A DNA stretch of 64,000 bases from Cenococcum geophilum (lineage: Eukaryota), in the NCBI GenBank assembly GCA_050273025.1, contig CP158635.1, forward strand, positions 22,506,001-22,570,000, read 5' to 3'. Shown here one piece after another: positions 1-12,549 of this stretch. The position numbers were made by a program, and so were the translations under genes. Every line of letters starts with the position of its first letter. Position 1 is the stretch's first letter. Under the pieces are notes generated by a model that searched no databases, had not been told where the DNA came from, and saw only the letters and a list, made by a program, of their open reading frames with translations.

Positions 1-249
1 CGCTAGCGAACTACTCCACCTAAAAACGATACTAAGAATGCCTTCCTGCCTCACGGCTAGAATAGTTAAGATACCCCTAAAATGGCTTAATAATAGAAGA
101 TAATTAGGGTAATATAACGGGAGCACCGTATTCTTAATTGGCGGGGTAAAGCTTACTCGCCTATTCCTCCGCTATATACCATAGATAAAGCTCTATATAG
201 TAGAAGAGGCACTCTAAATAGCCTAAATATATCTTTACTAAAACTAGCT

Positions 250-400
250 CCTATACCTACTCTACCGCTAATACCTACTCTACCTCTAATACCTACTCTA
301 CCTCTAATACCTACTCTACCTCTAATACCTACTCTACCTCTAATACCTACTCTACCTCTAATACCTACTCTACCTCTAATACCTACCCTACTACTAATAC
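250..400 (+). repeat. 18-bp tandem repeat (cctactctacctctaata), about 8 copies, inside the Helitron 5' coding region
   Basis: Directly visible; it produces the spurious RGRVGI minus-strand ORF. Confidence 0.9.
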
Positions 401-410
401 TACCTTTCTT

Positions 411-497
411 GCGGCAAGCTCCCTTACGGTAAGCTCCCTTATAGTAAGCTCCCTCGCGGTAAGCTCCCTTACGGCAAGCTCTCTTATAGTAAGCTCT
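411..497 (+). repeat. 15-bp tandem repeat (aagctcccttacggt-like), about 5-6 copies
   Basis: Directly visible. Confidence 0.8.
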
Positions 498-3400
498 AAC
501 TACGGCCACACTACTACCCGTTTCGGCTGTCAATTAGGAGCGAATTAAGAAGTTTAGGAGTATACTATAGGCTAAATATATAGAGACATATAGTCGTTAT
601 AAGGAGCAGTGGTTCTAAATGGGCCTAGCTATAGAGGGTAATAATATAGGTATATATAAAGCTTGCATTAAGGACGCCGATAGCCTTAAAGATCTAACCC
701 TTTCTCTTCTATTTGGTGAAAGCAACGGGCTCAATCTAGGGCCTATCCCTAACTTCCTACCTATACTTACCGTGGTAGAGGAGCTTCTAATTACGCGCGT
801 ATACGTTTATCTATAAGTCGTGCGTATACGCGGCTAGCAATATCGCTATACTAGCCACATTTACTGCTTTGGCTAGAACACACTAAAGACTTAAAGGTAG
901 CTACTACGACTACCTACTAAACTCGATATACTGGTCGTAAGGCCTATAGTAGAGGGTAGCAAATACCTAAGTCGACGGTTTACTAAGCGGTATACTATAA
1001 GGCGCTTTACTATAGTACAGTGGCTTTACTTTCTAAAGGTTAATTATTCTAATTATCGCGACGTTAAAATATATAGCACCCGGCTTACTAGCTTACCCAA
1101 AAATAGCTCTATATTAGATTAGCTACCTTATATTAATAAGTTAGAGTCTAATTCTAGTAGCCCAACGGCTTACCCTACTGCTCCTATATAACGTCCTCCT
1201 ACTATTAATCCTCTACCTACTAGACTTGGCAGTAATATACTAGACGGTAAATTTGATAATAATATACTGGATACTTTGGTTCCTAATCTAGTGCCTAACC
1301 TTAATAAATTAGAGCTTTTGGGTCGCGAGGTTTAATACTAATAAGACCTACGAGCGGGCCTAGAGGTTCCTACTATGCGATAGACACCTCTCTCTAAGCG
1401 ATTAGCTAGTTTTATTATGCGTAGCGCCTTTCCTACTCTATTTCCTTATAGTAAAGCCGATTTTAACATGCCACGAAGCCGTATGGTTACCCTAGCTGCG
1501 TACGCCAAGCATATGCTTAAGTATTAGGACGGTCGGTTTAGCCGCCACCCCTTATTTCGCTACTACGTATTTAATCGAATTATAAGAGAGTAAGCCCTTA
1601 ATGCCACCCGCTTCCTTTACGGCCGATTAAATAAGAATAGTTTATCTTTAGATAAGCTTAGTAATCTTATAAATAGTAATAGGGGTAGCCAGTTATTAAA
1701 TAAGATTGTATAGTATATACGGAACCTTAAGGGCACTAAACCTTACTAGAGGCAGAAGAGAAATAAGCTTACAGCTTATACTAAGAATATTAAGAGTGGG
1801 TCTCTATTCTTTATACTTAGCGCTGCTAATCTATATTAGTATAATTTATACTTTTATATACCTCTATTTAATAAATATAAGGCTTAGCGCTACCTGATTA
1901 CTTCTTAAAATCTTAATAATAATCCGCATATTGCTGCTTACTAGCTATATCGCCGCTTTAATCTATTTAGGAAGCACGTGCTTATAGGTCTATTTAATAG
2001 TACTAGCTTCTAGTGCCGATATAAATAGTAGGTATAAGGTAGCGGCTATATATATAACTTCTTATAGAGTTTAACAGCCCTAAGGCTAGATCCGTTAGCT
2101 AGTAAATTAAGGGCGGCTTTTACTAAATACTAGACTACTTTTATATCTGTAATAAATCCTAATTAATCTAGGCCTCCTAATCTTTAATATCCTTTTACTC
2201 TTAGCTATAAAGAACAGCTTAATGGCAGTAAGCTTCTTACTACCTACCTTAATCGATTTTAACGGCACCATAATTACACCAAATCTTACTGCTTAAGATT
2301 AAAGAAAGGCTCTACTGGAGTAAAGGAGTGCCGCTTTTATTTTCGACGCTCTCTCTACAATAAGGCCGCTGTATTAAAGGATTAAAATCCGCATTACTAG
2401 ACGTTCTATCTATAGCATAATAATAAGCTTCTTAATAGTTATAATGCAGCCATAATATTGGCGTGGATGGCGAATATTAATACGTCACCCGCTATAAGCG
2501 TATTAGTAATAGTTAACTATATAAGCAAATATTGCAGTAAGGAAGAGAAGAAGTCGACTTCCTATTAGGAGCTACTCTAATTAATACAGCCGCACGCTAA
2601 CAGCCTTTATGCCTTTAGTTTAGTAGTAGCAAGGTTTATAAATAAGCTTATTACCAAACGCGACTAGTTAGCGTAGGAGGTATACCATCTACTTCTTAAC
2701 ATTCTCCTTTGCGAAGGCTCTAGAAATATAGTAACTTTAAACTACCACTAGGAGGACGATTAAAGCGCTACATATAAGCTTAATAATAGGTAACTAAGAG
2801 GATACGAATTGTCTAACTATAAGAAATATAAGCGCCGCCTAAATAGGGTAGAGGACGTTACTTTCCTCGATTTTCTACTCTATTTTAATTACTCTACTTA
2901 TAAGCGTTAGCTAAGAGTAAGGCCTTAAGTTATATCGTACTTTTCGTAATATAACAGCAATTGTTTCTATCCGTAGTATCCTAAGTTCTACCATATAAAG
3001 CTTATTCTTTATCACCCGTAAAGGGAGTATAAGAAAGTAGCTACTTATATTAATAGATTTAGGGCCCCTAATTATATAGCTTCCTATTAGGCTTACGTTA
3101 ACTCTTATTAGTACCCGCCTAACTACTTCTGCAATTAGAAACTAGAGGAAGGTTACAAAACTGCTAATAATATTAATAAGTTTAAGGGCGGTTTTGTAGA
3201 CAACTTAGAGTTATACTAATCCTTTAAGGCCCTACATACCCGCGTTTAAAATACTAATAGAGTTAAAATTAAGGATCCTAACAGGCTTAGTAATAGGGAG
3301 CTTAATTATAACTACAACTAAAGTATATATTAGGGTACGTACCCGCAGCTTAATAAGAGGACTTATTAGCAGGAAGTACGGCTATAGCCTCTACTATAAA

Positions 3401-6400
3401 GCCGCCTATCCTAAACAGCAACTCCGTCCTCCTTATAACTAGGTTAGCGTTATATCTATAATATTATAGTTAATTACTATAGGCAGATCTAAGTGGGCCT
3501 TAGCCCCCCCTATTACGGATTAACGTTAATAGAGAGGCAGGAACCGGCAAATCGTATCTTATTACTATTCTCTTTACTACACTCTATAATATAGCAAGGG
3601 CTAATAGTAAGCCGTCGCTATTAGCTCGAGCCGCCCCTACTAGGGTAGCTGCCTTTAGTATTAACGGTAGAAACTATATACAATCTATTAAGGTTGCTAG
3701 TAAACCGTCCGTTTAACAAATTGCCTACTACCGGTCTTACGCCTCTACAACAAGCTTTTAAGGATATTTACTATCTTATTCTTGACGAGAAATCTATAAT
3801 TAGGCAAGTATATCTAGCCTAGATTAATTACCGCCTCCGTTAAATCTACCCTACGCGTAACAACGACTACTTTAAAGGCTTAAATATCTTGCTAGTAGGC
3901 GATTTCCATTAGCTTCCCCCTATAGGTTAGGCGGCCTTATATAATAATCTACCCGCTAGGCCGTTAGAGCTCGCTAGCTATAGAAAGGGAGCCTATAAGG
4001 CGATTAACCGAATAGCTATCCTAGATTAAGTTATACGGTAGGGCAGTAATAACGCTAAGAGCTTTATATTTAGGACAGCCCTTATAGAGCTACGTAGTAA
4101 TTCTATAAGTAATTTAACCTAGAAGCTTCTTTTAACTAGGTATAAGTAAGGCCTATCTACTAATAAGGTTGCGGGCTTCGATAACGCAATTCGGCTATAT
4201 AGTACGCGCGTTGCTATAGGTAAATATAACACTATTTGGCTTCGCAACCTTTTACAGCTAGTAGTGGCTATTAAGTTAGTTAATACTAGTATAGGTGCGC
4301 GGAAAGTTACTCCTAATTAGTGCGATACTATAGAGAATCTAGCCCTATATATTGGCGCGAAAGTAATGCTAATATAAAATATCTAGGTTAAACTGGGCTT
4401 AGTAAACGGTACTACTAGTATAGTTAAAGATGTCGTATAAAAGGGATACGCGGATATTAAAAAGAATCAGCCTTAGTCACTACTAATTATAGTAGATAGG
4501 TACAACGGACCTGCCCTATTTACTCGGCAGGATAGTAAGAAAGTCATCCCTATATTTTCTATACTTTATAAGTAGGAGGGTATAAAAGGCTCTGTTACGG
4601 GACACCCCCATAATACCTTATACACGTCCACCTGTTTCCACCGACTTAGCAACTAAAGACTGACCACGAGACGGCAATTTGCGGCAATCTGACGGCAATC
4701 TGCCATATTCTGCCATATTCCGCCAAGTTCTACTAAATCCTACTAAGTTCTGCTAGGACCACTACCTAAATCCTATTCTGCTCTATGCACGTGTTAACTA
4801 AGCAACTAAACTAACGATATATACCCTTTCTTCCTGTTTTCCTGCCTTCTCTTCTTATGCAACGTTTTAACTTCTTATATAGTTTATGTATATAACTTAA
4901 TAATATCTACCTTGCTATATATTATCGCCGCTTATACTTACTTCTGTAATACTATATTACGTCTATTTTATATACTACCTCTAAAATGCAGAATAACCCT
5001 AAAGCCTCTATAACGACCGCTAGTATTATATCCGTACTTTAAGAATAACTAGTAGAAATATAAAAGTCTTTTATAAATACCCTTGCACAAAACTAAGCCA
5101 CTTTAAATTAATAATAAGCTGAATAAGAAGCACGATACTAGCGATTAATTAAGGACCTCTAAGAAGAAATCTATACACTTAAGACGCCTATGTTAGGGCC
5201 TTAAGACCGAATACTATCTCTAGAGATAAATACGCGGAACGTAAGCCCCAAACTTATAGCAGCTGTCTACCTTAAATTAACTACTATACTGAAACGATCC
5301 GAACGACTATTAGATCCCCTAGTATTTACTAGTAAATAATAAGAACTCTAATTATTTTTAAGCCAGCTTAAAAATAAGCTAACTAGTAACGCTAACTGTT
5401 ACCTAACTAAAGCTAACCGACTCTATTACGCCCTAAGTTAACTAGGAGGAGAGGTAGCTAACTTTATTAAACCTCTTTAGCCAACCTTAGTATAAAGCCT
5501 AGTTATACTTCTTAAAGCCTTATACGGTGACCTAAACCGCTAAGCTACTGCCTAGAGAAAGATAAACTATATAGCTTAAGGAACGAAAAGTTTCCTAGTA
5601 TACTTCTCCGAATTTAACCGTTACGCAAGGGAAACAGGCTGGAATGACTCCGCACTAATTAACAGCCTCATTAAATCTCTAAGCCCTAAACTAAAAACCT
5701 CCCTAATAGGCATAGACCTACTAGGAGCCCTTAATACCTACGCAAATGTCGTTAATAAACGGTATAATAATATACTACGCCTAACACCGAAACACGCTCC
5801 TTAATACAATACGATAGCCCTATAAACGTCCACTAAGTCGTCTTAGCCTAAGCACCCTAATGCTATGGATATTAACACTAGAACCCTAAAGTACGCCCTA
5901 CTAGGGTCCCCTAAATAAGAAAGACGTATTAAGCTAGGCCTTTACTTTAAGTGTAGAAGTAAGGACTATATCTTAAAATATTATCTTATTCCCTTTCCTA
6001 CGCCCTAAAACAATTTATAAACGGCCAACATTAGCAACCGTTTACCGTATTAATCTTCCGGTTACCGCCCCTAATCTTTACCTAGTTTTAGCCCTATATT
6101 TAATAAGCACCACTTATAAAGGTAAAGCTATAACCAACGTTTTATAGGAACCCCTTCCCGCTCGCTACTAAAAGGTATATCCTAAAGTTAAGTCGCTCTC
6201 CGGGACGGCTCTGCCTTAGGATCTCGTTAAACGCTTTAGATATTACAAACTCTAACTCTTAGGATTATAGCATAACTGTTAACTATCGTCTTTAGCAGAA
6301 TAATTAATAGGCTAATACTCGAGTCCTAATTAATATAGGAGCTAGTAGTATAGGATTTATTAATAAGATCTTCGCGTAAGATAATAGTTTTACCCTAATC

Positions 6401-9062
6401 CCCCTTAACCGGCATATTAACGTATTTGGATTTAATGGCAAACGTACAGTCTTAAGCTGAATTACCTATGTAGTATACCTAAGACTCTAATACCTAAACT
6501 ACAAAGAACTAATTAAGCTTTTTATTACTACCTTAGGTTACCCGGTAATCCTTAGATAACCCTAGATAAAGCTATATAAGGTAACCATTAATTAGGACAA
6601 CCTTAAGCTTCTATTTACCGCCTCCCGTTATAAGCAGAAGTGCCTTATAATACACCGTCCTAACCCTAAACTAAAATCTAGGAAATCCACTAAAATCTAT
6701 TAGCCTAAGATTTCCACTAATGTCTACCCCGCGCCTAAGGAATTTACTAGATTCTACTAACCTAGGAATTCTACCGAATTCCACTAATGTAAGATTTCTA
6801 CTAATATCCACTAAGGATCTAAAAACTCTACTAAACCCTATAAATAGATCCTAAGTACTGCACCGCCCCAAACTAAGCAGAAGCTTAAGCTTACTATATA
6901 AAAATATTAGAAGGACTAGTACTCTACTATAAAGAGTATACTTAAAGAACCCAAACCTAAATTTAATACTAACTTTATACCTAACACCGAACCTAAAATT
7001 AAGTAAGGAACTATATAAGAAACTATAAATAACTAGAGCCCGCTTAACGCCCTAAATATCTATATAATTAGAGCTACCCTACTAGCGCGACTCGCCAAGA
7101 AACCCGAATATATAATCTTCGCTGTTACTATAGCTAATATTAAGAAGGCCTTAGCACCGAAGAAGTATACCAACCCTGCTATAAAGATACTAGTAGAATA
7201 CCATAACCGCCTAGAAGTATTCTTATAAAAGGAAGCCGATAAGCTACCGGAACACCAATTGTATGACTATAAGATTATACTAGAAGAAGGAAAGCAGCCT
7301 AGATTTAGACCCCTATACGGGATGTTTTAAAATAAACTTTAAGTGCTATAGAAGTATCTAGACGAGAACCTAAGTAAAGGATTTATTAGAGCAAGCTCTT
7401 TACCTATAGCCGTATTAGTAATCTTTATTAAGAAACCGGGCAGCGGACTATGCTTCTATATAGACTACTAAGCTCTTAACGCCGTTACCGTTAAGAACCG
7501 ATATCCAATTCCGTTAATATAGGAAACACTAAACTAATTAAGTAAGGCTCGTTACTATACAAAGCTTAATATTATCTCTATATTTAACCGCCTCCGTATA
7601 GTAAAGGGAGATAAATAGCTTACCGCATTTCGTACTCGGTATAGATTATTTAAATACTTAGTGACGCTATTTGGCCTCGCAAATGCTCCGAGCCCGTTTT
7701 AACATTATATAAATAATACCCTATGCCCCTACCTAGACATCTTCTATACTACTTATATCGACGACATCTTAATATATAGTAATAACCTAACTAAATATTG
7801 GAAATACGTTAACCTTATCCTATAAGCCCTATATAAAGCTAGTCTATAATTAGATATAAATAAATACGAGTTTTACAAGACGGAAGTCCTATACCTTAGA
7901 CTCCTTATTTCTATAAACGGTATATAAATAGACCTAAAGAAAATCGAAGCAATTGTAAACTGGTAAGAACCTGAGAATATTAAGGACGTAAGAGCCTTTA
8001 TAGGATTTACCAATTTCTACTAACGGTTTATTAACAACTTCTCCGCCCTAGTTTTACCCCTTATAGCTCTAACCTAAAAGAATAAAGCCTTTATCTTTAA
8101 TAAGGAATGCAAAAAGGCCTTTATTTATCTAAAGGTTATATTTACTACCGCGCCCATACTTTAATACTTTGACCTAAACTAAATAAGTGTTATAGAAGCT
8201 GACTTATCCAACTACGTTACTAGAGGTATCCTATCTTAATATAACGAAGAGGGAGTATTATACCCTATGGTATACTACTTAAAATAATTAAGTCTAGCCG
8301 AATATAACTATAAGATCTATAATAAGGAATTGCTGGCTATTATTAGATACTTTAAGCAATGGCGACCTAAACTAGAAGGCGCTAAATTCCTAATTAAGGT
8401 CCTTAGCGATTATAAGAACCTATAGTACTTCATAACTATAAAATAGCTAAGCCACCGTTAGGCCTGCTAGTTAGAATACCTATTTTATTTCCAATTCTCA
8501 ATTATATACCGCTTAGGCGTTTAAGGCTAGAAGCCTAATGCCCTAACCCGACGCTCGCAAGACGCGCCAGTACTAAAAGAGGCATATTCTTACCAAAATT
8601 AGACCCTACTTCGTCTTAAACCATTTAACCCTCCTACTAAAGATCTTATGGTATAAGTCCTTAAAATAACTAATCGATTAATCGAACAGATTATAATTGA
8701 TAAATACCTAAATAACGAGTTTATCTAAGAGACGCTTAAGCTAATTTAAGATAGCGTTAGACGCTCTAAGAAGATCTCTCTAAGTAAATATAAAGCTTGT
8801 GGAAACCGCTTATATTACTAAAACCGTCTAGTTATCCCTAATTACGATAAACTTAAGCTTAAGCTCCTCGAATACGTATATAACCTACCAATAGCCGGCC
8901 ACCTAGGCTAAGAAAAAACCCTAAAGCTACTCTAATGAGAGTACTACTAGCCGAATATATATAATATAACACAAAGGTACGTCTCTAGCTGTTATATCTG
9001 CCGATAAGCTAAAGCTTCGCATAAGATATATAACGGCCTTCTAAAGCCACTGCCTGTTCCAG

Positions 9063-9848
9063 CAGTGTGGTTTCGGATAATGCGAATAAGCGAGCATAAA
9101 ATATCCTTTATCCAATAGAAAATGCATAAAATATCGCAATCGATAAGGATAAAGTGCCCTGTGCGGGGCTTTTCTACCCCAACTAAGTAGAATAGGACAG
9201 AACCGTCGTACGCAGAGCCGTCGTGCAGAGCTTTTGTATGCAGAGCTTCGTGTAGAGCCTCCGTACGTAGAGCTTCGTGCAGAGCTTCGTGCAGAGCCTC
9301 CGTACGCAGAGCTTCGTGCAGAGCCTCCGTACACGGAGCTTCGTGCAGAGCTTCGCGCAGAGCTTCGTGTAGAGCTTCGCGTAGAGCTTCGCGTAGAGCT
9401 TCGCGTAGAGCTTCGCGCAGAGCTTCGCGCAGAGCTTCGTGCGGAGCTTCGCATAGAGCTTCGTACAGAGCTTCGTGCAGAGCTTCGCGCAGGGCTTCGT
9501 GCAGAGCTTCGCGCGGAGCTTCGTGCGGAACTTCGTAAAGCTTCGTGCAGAGCTTCGTGCAAAGCTTTATGCAGAGCTTCGTGCAGAGCTTCGTGCGGAG
9601 CCTCCGTATGCAGAGCTTCCATGCGTAGAGCCGGATGTAGAGCTGGATGTAGAGCCATATATAGAGCCACCTACTAAAATTTAGAAAAAAAGGATAATAT
9701 AACTTTATTTACTGGGCTTAAATTAGTTATTTTTATATAATAATAAAGAAGAAGGCGACTCAAAATTTATTTGGGGTATGCCAAGACTTATCGCGATAAG
9801 GATATCCATTGCATCTTATCGCGATAAGATTTATCCAAAACCACACTG
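9063..9848. mobile_element. Non-autonomous hAT-like TIR element (element I) inserted in the Gypsy A integrase; carries a 12-bp minisatellite
   Basis: TIR cagtgtggtttcggataa ... ttatccaaaaccacactg (17/18 match); perfect 8-bp TSD tgttccag (9055-9062 / 9849-9856); no transposase. Confidence 0.9.
9211..9670 (+). repeat. 12-bp minisatellite (GCAGAGCTTCGT)n with gagcctccgtac variants
   Basis: Directly visible, more than 30 units. Confidence 0.95.
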
Positions 9849-12549
9849 TGTTCCAGACCGAAGATAGAAGGACGTCTTAATTAACTTTATTATTAACCTC
9901 CCTATAAGCAAGGGCTGCACAAATATTATAGTAGTCGTAGACTAACTATCTAAGATAAGATACTTAATCGCCTACCCTAATATATTAACACCTGCCGTTA
10001 CCTAACTGTTTCTAGATTATGTATAGAAACTCTATAGACTCCCTAAAACGATTATCTCTAATAAAGGCAGCTAGTTTATCTCTATACTTTAGAAAGAACT
10101 AACTACCTAACTCCGCATTAAAGCACTATTGTCTACGGCATACTACCCAGAAATAGATAGTTAAACAGAATATGTAAACGCTATAATGGAACAGTATATT
10201 CGGATATATATATTGTACTTATAAGATAACTGGATTAACTGGCTTATATTTGCTGGGTTTACTATAAATAACTCCGTCTTAGAAACTATAAAGGTCTCCC
10301 CGTTCCTAGCTAACTACGGCTAGTATTTATAAATAGGTTTTAAACCCTTTAGTAACGTTCCTCGCCCTATTTATTATGCCTTATAAGTTACAAAAGTAAA
10401 TAAATTCATAGAGAAGATAGAGGAACTATAATAGTTCCTTACTAACAAAATAATATAGGCTTAATCTATCTATAAAGCCGCAGCAAATAAGAAACGAACC
10501 CTAGCACCAGCCTACTAAATTAGTGACTTCGTCTGGCTAGATATAAGAAATCTAAATATAAAACGACCTACTAAGAAGCTTAATTGGAAGAACGCTGGCC
10601 CTTATAAGGTTAAGAAGGTTATCTCCTCCCACGCCTACTAACTAAAGCTCCCTAATACGGTTAAAATCCACCCCGTATTCTATATGTCAGTCCTTTACCC
10701 TACTACTCCCGTATTAGACGCCCTGCCTAAATAGATATAAGACCCTCCCCTACTAGTTAAAGTAGATGGTAAAAACGAGTACTTTACTAAAAGAATTAAT
10801 AATATTAAGTATAATAAACGGAAACGTTAATATATATATCTTACGAAATAAAGAGGCTTTATTAAGCCCTTATGGGAACCTGTTAACTTTATAGGACTTA
10901 TATAAGCCACAGAAGACTTTTACAAACTCTATCTAGAACTACTACAACCCTATCTCGTAGAAGCTTAAGTTTAAAGGGGGGGTACTATTACGGGACACCC
11001 CTATAACACCTTATATACGTCTACCTATTTCCACCAACTTAGCAACTAAAGACTGACCACAAGACGGCAATTTGCGGCAATCTAACGGTAATCTGCTATA
11101 TTCTGCCATATTCCGCCAAGTTCTACTAAATTCTGTTAAGTTCTGCTAGGACTACTACCTAAATCCTATTCTACTCTGTGCACGTGTTAACTAAGCAACT
11201 AAACTAATAATATATACCCTTTCTTCCCGTTTTCCTACCTTCTCTCCTTATATAACGTCTTAACTTTTTATATAGTTTATGTATATAGCTTAATAATATC
11301 TACCTTGCTATATATTATCGCCGCTTATACTTACTTCCGTAATAGGCTCTTACTTATAGTATTAATTTCTAATTACTCTAGCTTTTACTTTTACCGTATA
11401 TAAAAGCTAGGGCCTAATACTTAACTAGGTAGTTTTAGATGTTAAGGAAAAGAATAAGATAGCTAGGCTAACCTATATAGCAATTTTATAAGTTAAGAAG
11501 CTTTTAGGGCTTATATTTAAACGTAGGTTTAATATAAAACGATTTCAGTCATCTATAAATAAGACTAAAGAGGTATAATAAAAAGATTTTATATAAAGGC
11601 AGTAGCAACTACTTATAAACGACTTTTCCTAATTAGGAAATTATATACTGGCTTAGAGGTAAGCGGAGAATGCGGCATTTATCTTAGTTTCCTACCTTTT
11701 AAACAGCTTAACCGCGAAATCCAATTTTTTAAATTTTAACCCCCCTATCCGTCCTACCTTCTTACCGCTTCTAAAGCTATTAGATATATATACAATAGTA
11801 TATAGGGAGAATTAGCAGTACTGCTAGATTAATATTGCTGCTATCTATAGCGTTGATCGATTTTTAGAATTTTTCAATTTTTTAAAGGGCGGAAATGTTG
11901 CTTATATAAGAAGTTACGTAACCTTTAAGAATACTTAGGACCGCATATTAGCAGCCACAACTTCTTTACACTATAGTTAAGATTTTATATATACTACACT
12001 TAGAGTTGCTTATAATAACTATTACCTATAAATCTACCGATTTATAAATCAAAAATTAGACATAGTTAGAGCTGTTAGTAGGGGTTATTAATCGCGCTCC
12101 CCATAACAAAATTTTAGATTTTAGTAATTTAAACTAACAAATTAAATTAAAAGTTTGGAACGTCTAAATAAGATTCTACTAAGACGCTAGCTAGACCCTA
12201 ACCTAGACCCTTCCTAACCTATTAAATTCTAAAAATAATAACCTTTACTAAATTAAAAATCAACCTTATCCTTAATAAGCTTACTGCCTATAACTAGCTC
12301 TACGCTAAATATAAAAATAATCTACGTGTATACTAGAAGCAAAAACAGGATATTAACAACTACATTATTTATACTATATTGGTAGCCTACCTTCCACTTA
12401 TTAACAGCCTTAGTAGTTAGTTATATTAAATATTTAAGGCGTCTCTACTACTATAGTAGCCACTACAGTAACAGAGACACCCTATATTTTAATAAGTAAT
12501 TAAGCCCATCTTATACGAGAATCTTATACTATTAGTACTTACCAAATCA

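Larger units (their letters stand above)
4593..11344 (+). mobile_element. Ty3/Gypsy chromovirus LTR retrotransposon A (RIPed)
   Basis: 359-bp LTRs at 4593-4951 and 10986-11344; 5-bp TSD ggctc (4588-4592 / 11345-11349); G-rich polypurine tract (PPT) before the 3' LTR; RT motif YIDDILIYS at ~7754; RNaseH then integrase order; C-terminal chromodomain (EYF...YLTKWRGF..PSWEP, ~10777-10880). Confidence 0.95.
1..11640 (+). mobile_element. Helitron-like element relic (Rep + PIF1 helicase), RIP-inactivated, split by a Gypsy insertion at 4593-11344; true ends not located
   Basis: De-RIPed motifs: LPVLTVVEELLIARVH (~755-805); Rep motif 1 LFFTLSAADL (~1804); motif 2 RYEWQxRGSGHxH (~2015-2060); motif 3 YISKYCSK (~2518). 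PIF1 motifs GEAGTGKS (~3531), AAPTGVAAF (~3630), ILDEKSM (~3778), GDFHQLPP (~3898), and after the Gypsy TVHKSQGLTL / TYVAISRVK (~11392-11497). Confidence 0.9.

Noticed and set aside
153..533. 126-aa RGRVGI-repeat ORF
   Set aside because: Antisense reading of tandem repeats within the + strand Helitron coding region.
9041..9684. ORFs with HEAL / RAEL / SARS repeats
   Set aside because: They are translations of the 12-bp minisatellite in several frames at once, inside a non-coding TIR element.
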